A DNA stretch of 64,000 bases. It comes from an uncultured Actinomycetes bacterium (GTDB taxonomy: Bacteria > Actinomycetota > UBA4738 > HRBIN12). A model generated the notes under the pieces. That model was not told the DNA's origin. It worked only from the letters and a program-made list of their open reading frames with translations, and did not search any database. The DNA is taken from contig CAWCXU010000002.1 of NCBI GenBank assembly GCA_963799625.1, positions 419,285 through 483,284 on the forward strand, read 5' to 3'. How positions within the stretch are numbered: the stretch's first letter is position 1; each line of letters opens with the position of its first letter. Below, piece after piece: positions 41,715 through 50,746 of the stretch. Both the position numbers and the translations under genes were made by a program.

Positions 41715-42137
41715 CTACCGGAGTGGCTGTCGGAGCTCCTCCGCGAGCGAGCCCACGAGACGGTCGATCTCGTCGCGTATCGCGCGCACCTCGTCGAGCG
41801 AGCGCCCGGCGGGGTCGGGAAGCTCCCAGTCGAGGTACCGCCGCCCCGGGAACACGGGGCAGGCATCGCCGCATCCCATCGTCACGACGACGTCGGCGAC
41901 CTGCACGTCATCGACGGTCAACAGCCGAGGCACGACCCCCTCGAGGTCGATCCCGAGCTCGCCCATCGCCGCGACGACGTTCGCGTGCACCTCATCGGCC
42001 GGCGTGCTGCCGGCAGACCGGACGTCGATCCCGGGGGCCCGGCGCTCGAGCAGCGCTGCCGCCATCTGGGAGCGCCCGGCGTTGTGCACGCACACGAACA
42101 GGACGACGGGTCGACTACTGTCCGCCGCAGCGGTCAC
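41715..42137 (-). CDS. arsC: Arsenate reductase, LMW-PTP family ArsC
   Basis: VLFVCVHNAGRSQMAAALL… is the CX5R P-loop of the low-molecular-weight phosphatase-type ArsC. A C-terminal Cys pair (MGCGDACP) follows. Confidence 0.85.
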   Translation of the reverse strand: MTAAADSSRPVVLFVCVHNAGRSQMAAALLERRAPGIDVRSAGSTPADEVHANVVAAMGELGIDLEGVVPRLLTVDDVQVADVVVTMGCGDACPVFPGRRYLDWELPDPAGRSLDEVRAIRDEIDRLVGSLAEELRQPLR

Positions 42138-42223
42138 GGCTCGTGACCCGACCGCCGGACCCGGCAGCGCGAGTCTCCCTCCCGGCTATACACGTAAGGC
42201 CGAGTTTACCGACTCGCTCGAGC

Positions 42224-43183
42224 TCAGCGTTCCGGGAGCGCCTCGACGGGCAGCCGTTCGCGGAAGCTCGCGACCGTGCGGGCGATGCCCTCGACGATCG
42301 GCACCGCCGGCTCGTAGCCGATGGTTGCCCGAACGAAGGACAGGTCGGCAAGGCTCTCCCGAACGTCGCCGTCACGAACGGGCGCGGAGACGATGCGCGG
42401 CTCGACGCCGCACGAGCGCGCGATCATCGAATGGAGCTCGCCGATCGCGGTCGGCGCCCCTCCCCCGATGTTGAAGGCCGACCCGATGGCGCGCTCCGGC
42501 AACCGCGCAGCCAGGAGGTTCGCCTCGACGACATCGTCGATGTACACGAAGTCGCGCGACTGGAGACCGTCGCCGTAGATCACCGCGGGCTCGCGCATGA
42601 GGCAGGCCACGATGAACCGCGGGATCACCGCCGCGTACTCGCTGGCCGGGTCCTGGCCCGGACCGTAGACGTTGAAGTAGCGCAGCCAGGCCGTCACGAG
42701 CCCGTGGGAACGGGCGAACGCGACGCCGATCGTCTCGCCGGCCAGCTTCGACGCCGCGTAGGGCGACATCGGGGCGCACAGCGCGGTCTCGGCGATCGGG
42801 AACGTCTGCTGATCGCCGTAGACGGCCGAGGAGGACGCCGCCACCACGACGGCCCCGAGGTCGAGCGCCGCAAGGAGCACGTTGATCGTGCCGCGCACGT
42901 TCACGTCGAGCGTCTGCCCGGGCTCGAGCATCGATCGTGGGACCGAGAGCTTCGCAGCCTGGTGATACACGACCCGACAGCCCCGAGCGGCCGATCGGAG
43001 AGCGTCGGAGTCCGTCACGTCGCCCAGCTCGAGCCGCACCTCAGGAGTGTCTTCGAGGTTCGACAGGGAGCCGCTCGAGAGGTCGTCGAATCCGACGACG
43101 TCGAACCCGTCGGCGACCAATCGATGACAGAGGTGCGAGCCGATGAACCCGGCGGCACCGGTGACCAGGACACGTTCCCTCAT
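42224..43183 (-). CDS. NAD-dependent epimerase/dehydratase (sugar-nucleotide epimerase)
   Basis: The start MRERVLVTGAAGFIGSHLCHRLV… is at 43183. YHQAAKLSV…SPYAASKLAGE places the Rossmann GxxGxxG with the YxxxK pair. Confidence 0.85.
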   Translation of the reverse strand: MRERVLVTGAAGFIGSHLCHRLVADGFDVVGFDDLSSGSLSNLEDTPEVRLELGDVTDSDALRSAARGCRVVYHQAAKLSVPRSMLEPGQTLDVNVRGTINVLLAALDLGAVVVAASSSAVYGDQQTFPIAETALCAPMSPYAASKLAGETIGVAFARSHGLVTAWLRYFNVYGPGQDPASEYAAVIPRFIVACLMREPAVIYGDGLQSRDFVYIDDVVEANLLAARLPERAIGSAFNIGGGAPTAIGELHSMIARSCGVEPRIVSAPVRDGDVRESLADLSFVRATIGYEPAVPIVEGIARTVASFRERLPVEALPER

Positions 43184-43337
43184 CCGCCCTAGGCGCTCTC
43201 CCAGGTGTCGCCTCAGATGATATGCCCGGCACGGTAGGGGCACCCGGTGACGCGGGGTCGACCGCAGCGAGAACGTTGGGTGGCGTCGGGATCGTGGGTC
43301 ACGACGGAGCGCTTCCCTGATGTGGCAACATCTCGGC

Positions 43338-43583
43338 ATGAGCGACGAACTCGTCCAGATCTGGTCCACCGGCGACGCGACGATCGCCGAGCTCACCCGG
43401 GCACGTCTCGAGGGCGAAGGCATCGACGTGCTCGTCAAGAGCAGCATGGGCGGCTCGAGCGCCTACCCGGTCGGACCCAGCTACCTCTTCGTGAAGGCCG
43501 ACCAGGAACAGGAAGCACGCGCGATCCTCGCGGCGATCGAGGCGGGCGAGTTCGCCCTGGATGAGGACGAAGACGTCAGTTAG
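43338..43583 (+). CDS. DUF2007-like small protein (putative signal-transducing protein fold)
   Basis: [72 protein letters not shown]… follows the DUF2007 pattern. Confidence 0.6.
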   Translation: MSDELVQIWSTGDATIAELTRARLEGEGIDVLVKSSMGGSSAYPVGPSYLFVKADQEQEARAILAAIEAGEFALDEDEDVS

Positions 43584-43975
43584 CGCTTGGAGTACTGCGG
43601 CGCCTTGCGGGCCTTCTTCAGACCGTACTTGCGGCGTTCCTTCTCGCGGGCGTCGCGCCTGAGGTACCCCTCGGCCTTGAGCTGCGTGCGGAGCTCGGGG
43701 TCGAGCTCCACCAGCGCCCGCGCGATGCCGAGGCGCACGGCCCCGGCCTGGCCGGCGATCCCGCCGCCACGGATCGTCGCGATGACGTCGTAGTCCCGCT
43801 CGCGATCGATGGCCGTGAGCGGCCCGCGGGCCACCATCCGGTGCACGCGCGTGGGGAAGTAGTCGTCGATCGGGCGGCCGTTGACCGTGAACCCGCCGTC
43901 GCCGGGTACGAGCCGGATACGCGCGACCGCGCCCTTGCGGCGACCCGTCGTCAGCTTCGGTGCGGCTACGACCAC
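43580..43975 (-). CDS. rpsI: 30S ribosomal protein S9
   Basis: …[19 protein letters not shown]…[19 protein letters not shown]…YSKR ends at the characteristic C-terminus. Confidence 0.95.
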   Translation of the reverse strand: MVVAAPKLTTGRRKGAVARIRLVPGDGGFTVNGRPIDDYFPTRVHRMVARGPLTAIDRERDYDVIATIRGGGIAGQAGAVRLGIARALVELDPELRTQLKAEGYLRRDAREKERRKYGLKKARKAPQYSKR

Positions 43976-43978
43976 GTC

Positions 43979-44665
43979 CTACTCCTCCGTCTCGGTCTTC
44001 TTCTTCGCCGCCGGCTTCGCCTTCGTGGCGCTCTTGGCCTTCGGCTTGGCGGCGGTCGTCTTCTTGGCGGCGCTCTTAGCCTTGGGCTTGGCCGCGGGCG
44101 TCTTCGGCTTCGCGGTGCTCGCCTTGGGCTTGGCCGCCGAGGCCTCGGGCTTCGGTGCCGCGCTCTTCGCCTTCGGCTTCGCGGCCGGTGCAGACGGCTC
44201 GGGCCTGGCCGGCAAACCGTTCCACGCGGGACGCTCGCCGAGCGCCAGCGCCACCGGCGCCTGGGCGGCGTGCGGATGCTCAGGGCCGGGCACCACGTGG
44301 AGCTTCTTGAGCATCTGGCGGCCGATGGTGTTCTTCGGCAGCATGCCGCGGACGGCCTTCTCGACGGCGGCCACGGGTCGCTTGGCCATCAGGTCCTTGT
44401 ACTTGACGGCGGTGATCCCGCCCGGATAGCCGGAGTGGCGGTACGCGTACTTGTCCTCGCCCTTGTTGCCGGTGAGCTCGATCTTGTCCGCGTTGACGAC
44501 GACCACGTGGTCGCCGGTGTCCATGTGCGGCGCGTACATCGGCTTGTGCTTGCCCCGCAGGATCGTCGCGACCTCGGAGGCGAGCCTGCCCAGCACGACG
44601 CCGCTGGCGTCCACGACGTACCAGCGGCGCTCGATGTGCTCAGGCTTGGGCGAATAGGTCTTCAT
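43979..44665 (-). CDS. rplM: 50S ribosomal protein L13 with an approximately 90-aa Lys/Ala/Pro-rich C-terminal extension
   Basis: The L13 core is [42 protein letters not shown]…[17 protein letters not shown]. It is followed by …[62 protein letters not shown]…, a histone-H1-like AKP repeat tail. Confidence 0.9.
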   Translation of the reverse strand: MKTYSPKPEHIERRWYVVDASGVVLGRLASEVATILRGKHKPMYAPHMDTGDHVVVVNADKIELTGNKGEDKYAYRHSGYPGGITAVKYKDLMAKRPVAAVEKAVRGMLPKNTIGRQMLKKLHVVPGPEHPHAAQAPVALALGERPAWNGLPARPEPSAPAAKPKAKSAAPKPEASAAKPKASTAKPKTPAAKPKAKSAAKKTTAAKPKAKSATKAKPAAKKKTETEE

Positions 44666-44732
44666 AACGTGCAGATGTCGGCCCGCACAGGGCCGACCGG
44701 TCACCAAGGTTACCTGGGCCGCCGCGAGGCCG

Positions 44733-44996
44733 TCAAAGCAGGATGAAGCTCGCGCAGATCACCGCGGTCGACACCAAAGCCCCCAACGCCGCAACGTTTC
44801 TCATCGACTCCGTCCCGTCGCGCTGCGCGACCGAACCTCCCGACAGCACGAACCCACAGATCCCGACGGCGAGGCCGACCGGTGCGCTCAGGAACACCAG
44901 CCCGACACCGAGCAGCGCCGCCACCAACCCGAGGAGCGACAGAGCCCCTGTGACCGACCTCAGCATGGCCGCTACCTCCTCATACAGGCGTCCCAC
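44733..44996 (-). CDS. Small hypothetical membrane protein (two to three TM segments) downstream of the ArsR/SmtB-like regulator
   Basis: [54 protein letters not shown]…[18 protein letters not shown] is an intact 87-aa ORF in apparent operon position 37 nt after the regulator. Confidence 0.45.
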   Translation of the reverse strand: MGRLYEEVAAMLRSVTGALSLLGLVAALLGVGLVFLSAPVGLAVGICGFVLSGGSVAQRDGTESMRNVAALGALVSTAVICASFILL

Positions 44997-45033
44997 CCAT
45001 AGAGACGCGTGGGACGGCCGAGAGGTGTCGCGG

Positions 45034-45435
45034 TTATCGAGTGCGGCGGCGGCCGAGGCGGAGCACGTCGGACAGCCGGCGTCGCGCCTCGTTGTTGAGC
45101 GAGTAGTAGACCCAGACCCCCCGCTTCTCGCGATCCAGGACGCCCGCCTCGTGCAGCTTCTTCAGGTGGAAGCTGACCGTGGGCTGCGATAGGCCCAACG
45201 GCTGCTCCAGGTCACAGCCACAGACCGTGTCGGCCTGGGTGGCCAGGATGTGCAGGATCCGGACGCGGGCGGGATCCCCGAGGGCGCGGAAGAGCTCCGC
45301 CGTCGCCAGCGCCTCCTCCTCGTTCAGCCCGGGATCGGCGATCGGCGCGCAGCACGCGACCGCGGAGGTGGGCTCGAGAACGGCGACCGGCTGACGCATC
45401 GGCATATATTGACAGACGTCGATATCTCGTGGCAA
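45034..45435 (-). CDS. ArsR/SmtB-family metal-sensing transcriptional regulator
   Basis: …AELFRALGDPARVRILHILATQADTVCGCDLEQPLGLSQPTVSFHLKKLHEAGVL… has a CGCD metal-site motif. There is also an N-terminal Cys pair (AVACCAPI). Confidence 0.8.
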   Translation of the reverse strand: MPRDIDVCQYMPMRQPVAVLEPTSAVACCAPIADPGLNEEEALATAELFRALGDPARVRILHILATQADTVCGCDLEQPLGLSQPTVSFHLKKLHEAGVLDREKRGVWVYYSLNNEARRRLSDVLRLGRRRTR

Positions 45436-45509
45436 CCTCGCCCGAGGCAGGTATCGATGAGCGTCGATGTCTGCTGATCACCCGCTGGAACACGGGAAAG
45501 GAGGCGCGC

Positions 45510-45554
45510 ATGCGGTACGGCGACGAGCCCTGCTGCCCGATCGGCTGCTGCTGA
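45510..45554 (+). CDS. Candidate 14-aa Cys-rich micro-ORF (MRYGDEPCCPIGCC) with a consensus Shine-Dalgarno sequence
   Basis: AAAGGAGG at 45497-45504, a 5-nt spacer, then ATG CGG TAC GGC GAC GAG CCC TGC TGC CCG ATC GGC TGC TGC TGA. It is divergent from the ArsR/SmtB-like gene and followed by a hairpin. Confidence 0.35.
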   Translation: MRYGDEPCCPIGCC

Positions 45555-45568
45555 TCGGGTCGCGCCGT

Positions 45569-45593
45569 CCGGAGGGACCGGCCACCCCTCCGG
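45569..45593. terminator. Hairpin downstream of both the micro-ORF and convergent truA
   Basis: ccggaggg-accggccac-ccctccgg is an 8-bp perfect stem with a 9-nt loop. It lies 6 nt before the truA stop (minus strand) and 15 nt after the micro-ORF stop. Confidence 0.5.
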
Positions 45594-45599
45594 GCCGCG

Positions 45600-46361
45600 C
45601 TAACCCCGGCGGCCGTACACCACGCGCTCGAGCGTGAGCCCGCGCGCCGGGGCCGCCTTGGGCGCCCTCGACCGATCGCGCGCGGCGAGGATCCGGCGAA
45701 CGTCGCTCGCCGTCAGCCGCCCTTGCCCCACGTCGACGAGCGTGCCGACGAGGATCCGCACCATCTGGTGCAGGAACGCGTTCGCCCGCAGGCCCACCGT
45801 GACAAGATCCCCATCGCGCCGGATCGTGAGCCGTTGCAGATCGCGCCGGGTCGATCGTCCCGCAACCGGACGCAGGCAGAAGCTCGTGAAGTCGTGCGTT
45901 CCGAGCAGCACCGCCGACGCCCGCCGCATCGCCGTGAGGTCGAGCTCCCTCGGCTGATGCCACATGAACCGACCCGTGAACGGATCGGGCACCAGGGACG
46001 TGTCGATCCTGTAGCGATACTCGCGGGCGCTGGCGGAGAAGCGAGCGTCGAAGCCATTCGCCGCCGCACGCACGTGCTGGATCGAAACCTCCGGCGCGAG
46101 CCGTCCGTTCAGGAACTCGCGGATCTGGGCGGGTGTTCGCGTCGAGCCCGTTCGGAAGGACGCGACCTGCCCGCGCGCGTGCACGCCGGCGTCGGTCCGA
46201 CCGGCGACCGACAGCGACACGGGCTCGCGCAACAGCTCCTCGAGCGCGTCGCCGAGCACGCCCTCGACCGTCCTGATCTCCGGATCACGCTGCGTGGCCC
46301 ACCCGCGGAAGGCCGTGCCGTCGTAGGCGAGATCCAGCCGGATCGTTCGAGGAACGTTCAC
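45600..46361 (-). CDS. truA: tRNA pseudouridine(38-40) synthase
   Basis: …IRLDLAYDGTAFRGWATQ…SVAGRTDAGVHARGQVASF… contains the catalytic Asp motif GRTDAGVHA. Confidence 0.9.
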   Translation of the reverse strand: MNVPRTIRLDLAYDGTAFRGWATQRDPEIRTVEGVLGDALEELLREPVSLSVAGRTDAGVHARGQVASFRTGSTRTPAQIREFLNGRLAPEVSIQHVRAAANGFDARFSASAREYRYRIDTSLVPDPFTGRFMWHQPRELDLTAMRRASAVLLGTHDFTSFCLRPVAGRSTRRDLQRLTIRRDGDLVTVGLRANAFLHQMVRILVGTLVDVGQGRLTASDVRRILAARDRSRAPKAAPARGLTLERVVYGRRG

Positions 46362-46399
46362 GCGACGGAGTATGTCGCGTCGGTCCCCCTCGGTACGGT

Positions 46400-46870
46400 G
46401 TGGGCATGGCGATCGACGTTCGACCCGCGACCACCGGCGACCTCGCCGGGGTCCGCCGGCTGCTCGGCCACCTGCACGAGCAGCCCGGCGACGTGGCCTG
46501 GTCGTCGGCGACCTGGGGCCGCATGCTCGGCGACCCGAACCGCACGCTCCTCGTGGCCGAGGACCGCGGCGAGTTCGCGGTCGGCACCGCCGACGTCCTG
46601 GTCGTGCCGAACCTGACGCATGACGGCGCGCCCTGGGCGCTCGTCGAGAACGTCGTGGTCGACCCGCAGTGGCGCCGGCGCGGCGTCGGCCGCGCGCTCC
46701 TTCGCCACGCCGTCCGCGTGGCCGACGACGCCGGCTGCTACAAGCTGCAGCTGACGTCGTCGAACCAGCGCGACGGCGCGCATCGGTTCTACGAGCGGCT
46801 CGGGTTCACCGCGGCCTCCACCGGGTTCCGGTGGTCGTTCCGGCAGCGCGAACGCGCCGGCGCGGCCTGA
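46400..46870 (+). CDS. GNAT-family N-acetyltransferase
   Basis: …VENVVVDPQWRRRGVGRALLRHAVRVADDAGCYKLQLTSS…RFYERLGF is the acetyl-CoA-binding motif A (Q/RxxGxG/A). Confidence 0.8.
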   Translation: MGMAIDVRPATTGDLAGVRRLLGHLHEQPGDVAWSSATWGRMLGDPNRTLLVAEDRGEFAVGTADVLVVPNLTHDGAPWALVENVVVDPQWRRRGVGRALLRHAVRVADDAGCYKLQLTSSNQRDGAHRFYERLGFTAASTGFRWSFRQRERAGAA

Positions 46871-46871
46871 A

Positions 46872-47231
46872 TCAGCTCTTCTCGACCAGCTCGATCCGCG
46901 CCATCTGGGCGCCGTCGCCCTTGCGCGGGCCGAGCTTCAGGATCCGCGTGTAGCCACCGGGACGCTCCTCGAACCGCGGCGCGATGTCGTGGAACAGCAG
47001 CGCCACCACGTCGCGGTCGGGGATGTCCTTCAGCACCTCACGGCGCGCGGCCAGGTCACCCTTCTTGGCCTTCGTGATCAGCTTCTCCGCGTAGGGGCGA
47101 AGGAGCTTCGCCTTGGCCTCGGTGGTGTTGATCCCCTGATGGATGAAGAGCTGGCTGGCGAGCGTCGACAGCATCAACCGCTGGTGGTCGGGGCCGGAGC
47201 CCAGGCGGGGTCCCTTCTTGGGGGTCGGCAC
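46872..47231 (-). CDS. rplQ: 50S ribosomal protein L17
   Basis: [64 protein letters not shown]… matches L17. Confidence 0.95.
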   Translation of the reverse strand: MPTPKKGPRLGSGPDHQRLMLSTLASQLFIHQGINTTEAKAKLLRPYAEKLITKAKKGDLAARREVLKDIPDRDVVALLFHDIAPRFEERPGGYTRILKLGPRKGDGAQMARIELVEKS

Positions 47232-47238
47232 CGCGCCC

Positions 47239-48168
47239 TCACTCCTCCCGCAGGCCCAGGCCGAGCTCCTCGAGCTTGAGCTTGACCTCGTCGATCGACT
47301 TCTGGCCGAAGTTGCGGATGTCCATCAGCTCGGACTCCGACTTCTGCACCACGTCGCCGACCGTGTTGATGCCCTCGCGCTTCAGGCAGTTGTAGGAGCG
47401 CACCGACAGGTTCAGCTCCTCGATCGTGATCTGGTAGTCGCTCGGGAGCTCGTCGGCCTCGGCCGGACCGACCGACACGCTCGCCGCCTCGGCCAGGTCG
47501 CTGAACAGCTGCACCAGCTCCAGGAGCGTCCCGCCCGCCGACGCGAGCGCCTCGCGCGGCGTCTGCGAGCCGTCGGTCTCGACGTCCAGGATCAGCTTGT
47601 CGCGGTCGGTCATCTGCTCGACGCGGGTGTTCTCGACCGTGTAGCTGACCTTGCGGACCGGCGAGAAGATCGAGTCGACGGGGATCACGCCGATCGGGTC
47701 GCGCGGCTTCTTGTTCTTGTCGGCCATCCGGTAGCCGACCCCGCGCTCGACCGTCATCTCCATCTCGAGCGACCCGCCCTTGCCGATCGTGGCCAGGTGC
47801 AGGTCGGGGTTCAAGATCTCGACGCCGGCGGGCGGCGCGACGTCACCGGCGGTGACCTCGGCCGGACCCTTGGCCTTCAGGTACATCGTGGTCGGCTCCT
47901 CCAGATCGGAGCGCACCACGAGCTCCTTCAGGTTCAAGATCACGTCGGTCACGTCCTCGGTGACCTTGGGCACCGTGGAGAACTCGTGCAGGACCCCGTC
48001 GATCCGGATCGACGAGACCGCCGCTCCGGGGATCGAGGACAGCAACGTGCGCCGGAGCGAGTTCCCGACCGTGTAGCCGAACCCCGGCTCGAGCGGCTCG
48101 ATCGTGAACCGGGAGCGGGTGGGTGAAACGACTTCTTCCGCGATCTGCGGTCGTGCGACGATGAACAA
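47239..48168 (-). CDS. rpoA: DNA-directed RNA polymerase subunit alpha
   Basis: …[32 protein letters not shown]… is the N-terminal domain, and an alpha-CTD follows (…[23 protein letters not shown]…). Confidence 0.95.
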   Translation of the reverse strand: MFIVARPQIAEEVVSPTRSRFTIEPLEPGFGYTVGNSLRRTLLSSIPGAAVSSIRIDGVLHEFSTVPKVTEDVTDVILNLKELVVRSDLEEPTTMYLKAKGPAEVTAGDVAPPAGVEILNPDLHLATIGKGGSLEMEMTVERGVGYRMADKNKKPRDPIGVIPVDSIFSPVRKVSYTVENTRVEQMTDRDKLILDVETDGSQTPREALASAGGTLLELVQLFSDLAEAASVSVGPAEADELPSDYQITIEELNLSVRSYNCLKREGINTVGDVVQKSESELMDIRNFGQKSIDEVKLKLEELGLGLREE

Positions 48169-48257
48169 CGTGCATCCCTCCTCGACGGGGGATCATCCAA
48201 AGCTCCCCGCCTCTTGGGTGTCCCGGGCCGCGGGTGTGCGGCCGGGGTCCGCGCGCG

Positions 48258-48650
48258 TCAGACGCGGCGGCGCTTCCGTGGCCGGCAGCCGTTGTGCGGC
48301 ACCGGCGTCACGTCTTGGATCCCGGCGACCTCGAGCCCGGCCGCGGCCAGGGAGCGGATCGCCGTCTCGCGGCCCGAACCCGGGCCCTTCACGAACACAT
48401 CGACCTTCTGCAGGCCGTGCTCCTGCGCGGCGCGCGCGGCCTTCTCGGCGGCGAGCTGCGCGGCGAACGGCGTCGACTTGCGCGAGCCCTTGAAGCCGAC
48501 GTTGCCGGCGCTCGCCCAGGACAGCGTGTTGCCCTGCAGGTCGGTGATCGTGACGATCGTGTTGTTGAACGTCGACTTGATGTGGGCCTGTCCGTGCAGG
48601 ACGTGCTTCTTCTCGCGACGCTTCGTCTTCTTGGCTTTGGGCTTCGCCAT
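48258..48650 (-). CDS. rpsK: 30S ribosomal protein S11
   Basis: [65 protein letters not shown]… The start is internal to the longer track ORF 48258..48839. Confidence 0.93.
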   Translation of the reverse strand: MAKPKAKKTKRREKKHVLHGQAHIKSTFNNTIVTITDLQGNTLSWASAGNVGFKGSRKSTPFAAQLAAEKAARAAQEHGLQKVDVFVKGPGSGRETAIRSLAAAGLEVAGIQDVTPVPHNGCRPRKRRRV

Positions 48651-48657
48651 CGGTCTC

Positions 48658-49041
48658 CTACTTCTTCGCCTTGACCTTCTTCTTGCCGGCGATCGTCTTC
48701 TTCGGGCCCTTGCGGGTGCGCGCGTTCGTGTGCGTGCGCTGGCCGTGGACCGGGAGCGACCGGCGGTGGCGGATGCCCTGGTAGCACCCGATCTCGATCT
48801 TTCGCTTGATGTCCTGGGCGACCTCGCGCCGCAGGTCACCTTCGACCTTGAAGTTCGTGTCGATGTAGGCGCGGATCTTCACGACCTCTTCTTCGGAGAG
48901 GTCACGCACCTTCGTGCCGCCGTCGATGGCCGTGCCGCCGACGATCTGGAACGCCCGCGTGGGGCCGATGCCGAAGATGTAGCGCAGGGCGATGTCGAGC
49001 CGCTTGTCGCGGGGGAGGTCGACGCCGGCGATACGAGCCAT
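48658..49041 (-). CDS. rpsM: 30S ribosomal protein S13
   Basis: [33 protein letters not shown]…[23 protein letters not shown] matches S13. Confidence 0.95.
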   Translation of the reverse strand: MARIAGVDLPRDKRLDIALRYIFGIGPTRAFQIVGGTAIDGGTKVRDLSEEEVVKIRAYIDTNFKVEGDLRREVAQDIKRKIEIGCYQGIRHRRSLPVHGQRTHTNARTRKGPKKTIAGKKKVKAKK

Positions 49042-49051
49042 CTCGTTCCTT

Positions 49052-49165
49052 TCAGCCTTGCCGCTGCTTGTGGCGCGGGTTCGAGCAGATCACCATGATG
49101 CGACCGCGACGCCTGATCACACGGCATCGGTCGCAGATCCTCTTCACGCTCGGGCGGACTTTCAT
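49052..49165 (-). CDS. rpmJ: 50S ribosomal protein L36 (zinc-ribbon C+ form)
   Basis: [37 protein letters not shown] forms the C-terminal 37 aa of track ORF 49052..49366. The start coordinate is inferred from the track frame. Confidence 0.9.
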   Translation of the reverse strand: MKVRPSVKRICDRCRVIRRRGRIMVICSNPRHKQRQG

Positions 49166-49187
49166 CTTCGTTCCTCGATCTCTCTGC

Positions 49188-49406
49188 TCACTTGAAGCGG
49201 TACACCACGCGGCCTCGGGTGAGGTCGTAGGGCGACAGCTCCAGCTTGACGCGGTCCCCCGGCAAGATCCTGATGTAGTGCATCCGCATCTTGCCGGAGA
49301 TATGGGCGAGCACCGTGTGCCCGTTCTCGAGTTCCACCCGGAACATGGCGTTGGGGAGGGGTTCAACGACCGTCCCCTCGACTTCGATCACGTCGTCCTT
49401 GGCCAC
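49188..49406 (-). CDS. infA: Translation initiation factor IF-1
   Basis: (V)[71 protein letters not shown]. The GTG start at 49406 has GGGAGA upstream. Confidence 0.9.
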   Translation of the reverse strand: MAKDDVIEVEGTVVEPLPNAMFRVELENGHTVLAHISGKMRMHYIRILPGDRVKLELSPYDLTRGRVVYRFK

Positions 49407-49601
49407 TCCCAGGTTTCTCCCGTCGACTTTCCCGGTCCGGACGCGCGCGACAACCCGCCTCCGATCCGGGGAGCCGACAGTATAGGAGCAGGTCAGCGCG
49501 TATGTCACGGAACCGTTCCGTCCGAGCGGTTCGCGGCCGTTCGTCGGCCGTTCATCGGGGGTTCACGACACTGATCGAGCCCACCTGGGAGACTGTGCCA
49601 G

Positions 49602-50733
49602 ATGCGGCTTGGGAGAGGGTTCGCGGTCATCGTGCTTGCCGTGCTTGCACTCTCGATGACCCCGGTGGTGGCGAGCGCCCAGACCACCCCGGATCCGACC
49701 CCCACGACCGACCCGAGCGCGACCCCGACGCCCACGCCGGACCCCACGACCACCCCGTCGCCCACCGACGACCCCACGCCGAGCGACTCCCCCACCTCGG
49801 ACCCCTCCCCGACGGGCGACCCGAGCCCCTCCTCCGATCCGGGCCAGCGCCAGCATCCCGGCGGGCTCCTGTCTGTGGCAGCCCCCGGCCTGGGCGGACG
49901 GATCGGGGCCGACGCGCGCAAGGGGCCGCGCAGCCGTGGCGGCCGTGACGGCGCCTGGGCGCCGAACCCCAAGTGGGGCGCCTACTCCACGCAGCGCCTG
50001 GTCGTCGCGGAGCGCAGGCTGGAGCGCCACGGCATGCCGGAGCGCAAGGCGCTGGACGCGGCGTTCGCGCCGTTCCCGGTCGGCGGCTTGGCCGTCTGGA
50101 GCGACACCTGGGGCGCGCCCCGCTACGCCGGCGGCTACCACCCGCACCACGGACAGGACCTGTTGTGCGCCGAGGGGACGCCGCTGCTCGCGGTCCAGCC
50201 CGGGGTCGTCGAGTTCGGCAGCGACCCGCTCGGGGGCACGACGATCGAGCTGACCCTCCGCGACGGGTCGTTCTGGTACTACGCGCACCTCGACCATTAC
50301 GCGAAGGGCCTCACCGACGGCGAGCACGTCTCGACCGGTCAGGTGATCGGGGCGTGCGGCCAGAGCGGCGACGCGACCGTGCCGCACCTGCACTTCTCGT
50401 ACTTCACCGCGAGCGGCGACGCGCGGAACCCGATGCACGCGCTGCTCGGCTGGCTCCACCGGCGCCGAGCATCGCGCCGGGGTGCGGCCGTCGAACGGTC
50501 ACGGCGTGCCGACGCCGCCGATGGCCGAGCTCGCGACGCCGTCGGTGATGCATCCGCGGCCCGAGACCACCACCACCGGCGTCGTGTGGGCGCCGGCGAC
50601 CTACGTCGTGGCGCCGGGCGGCGGGTTCGACGCGACGGCGTACGCGGCGGCCGCGCTGTTGCTCGCGCCCATCGCGCTGCTCGCGGCGAGCAGGCGGGCG
50701 CGGTCCTGGGTGATCGCCCGGGTCGCCGCCTGA
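49602..50733 (+). CDS. Secreted M23-family metallopeptidase with a Pro/Thr/Asp-rich linker; a C-terminal frameshift is possible near 50470
   Basis: Signal peptide MRLGRGFAVIVLAVLALSMTPVVASA, then a PT-rich low-complexity linker. The M23 core is …YHPHHGQDLLCAEGTPLLAV…GACGQSGDATVPHLHFSYF…. A coherent hydrophobic C-terminal tail (…GGGFDATAYAAAALLLAPIALLAASRRARS…) lies in ORF 50482..50733, in another frame. Confidence 0.75.
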
Positions 50734-50746
50734 GACCGCTCGGGGC

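Noticed and set aside
39780-42146. 788-aa plus-strand ORF
   Set aside because: It is antisense to glmM and arsC. Its start lies inside the PAS gene in another frame.
49052-49200. Possible frameshift in rpmJ (L36) from my manual base reading
   Set aside because: My hand count of bases around the 49140/49141 and 49200/49201 line breaks was off by one in compensating directions. The ORF-track translation is continuous and gives a perfect L36, so I treat the gene as intact.
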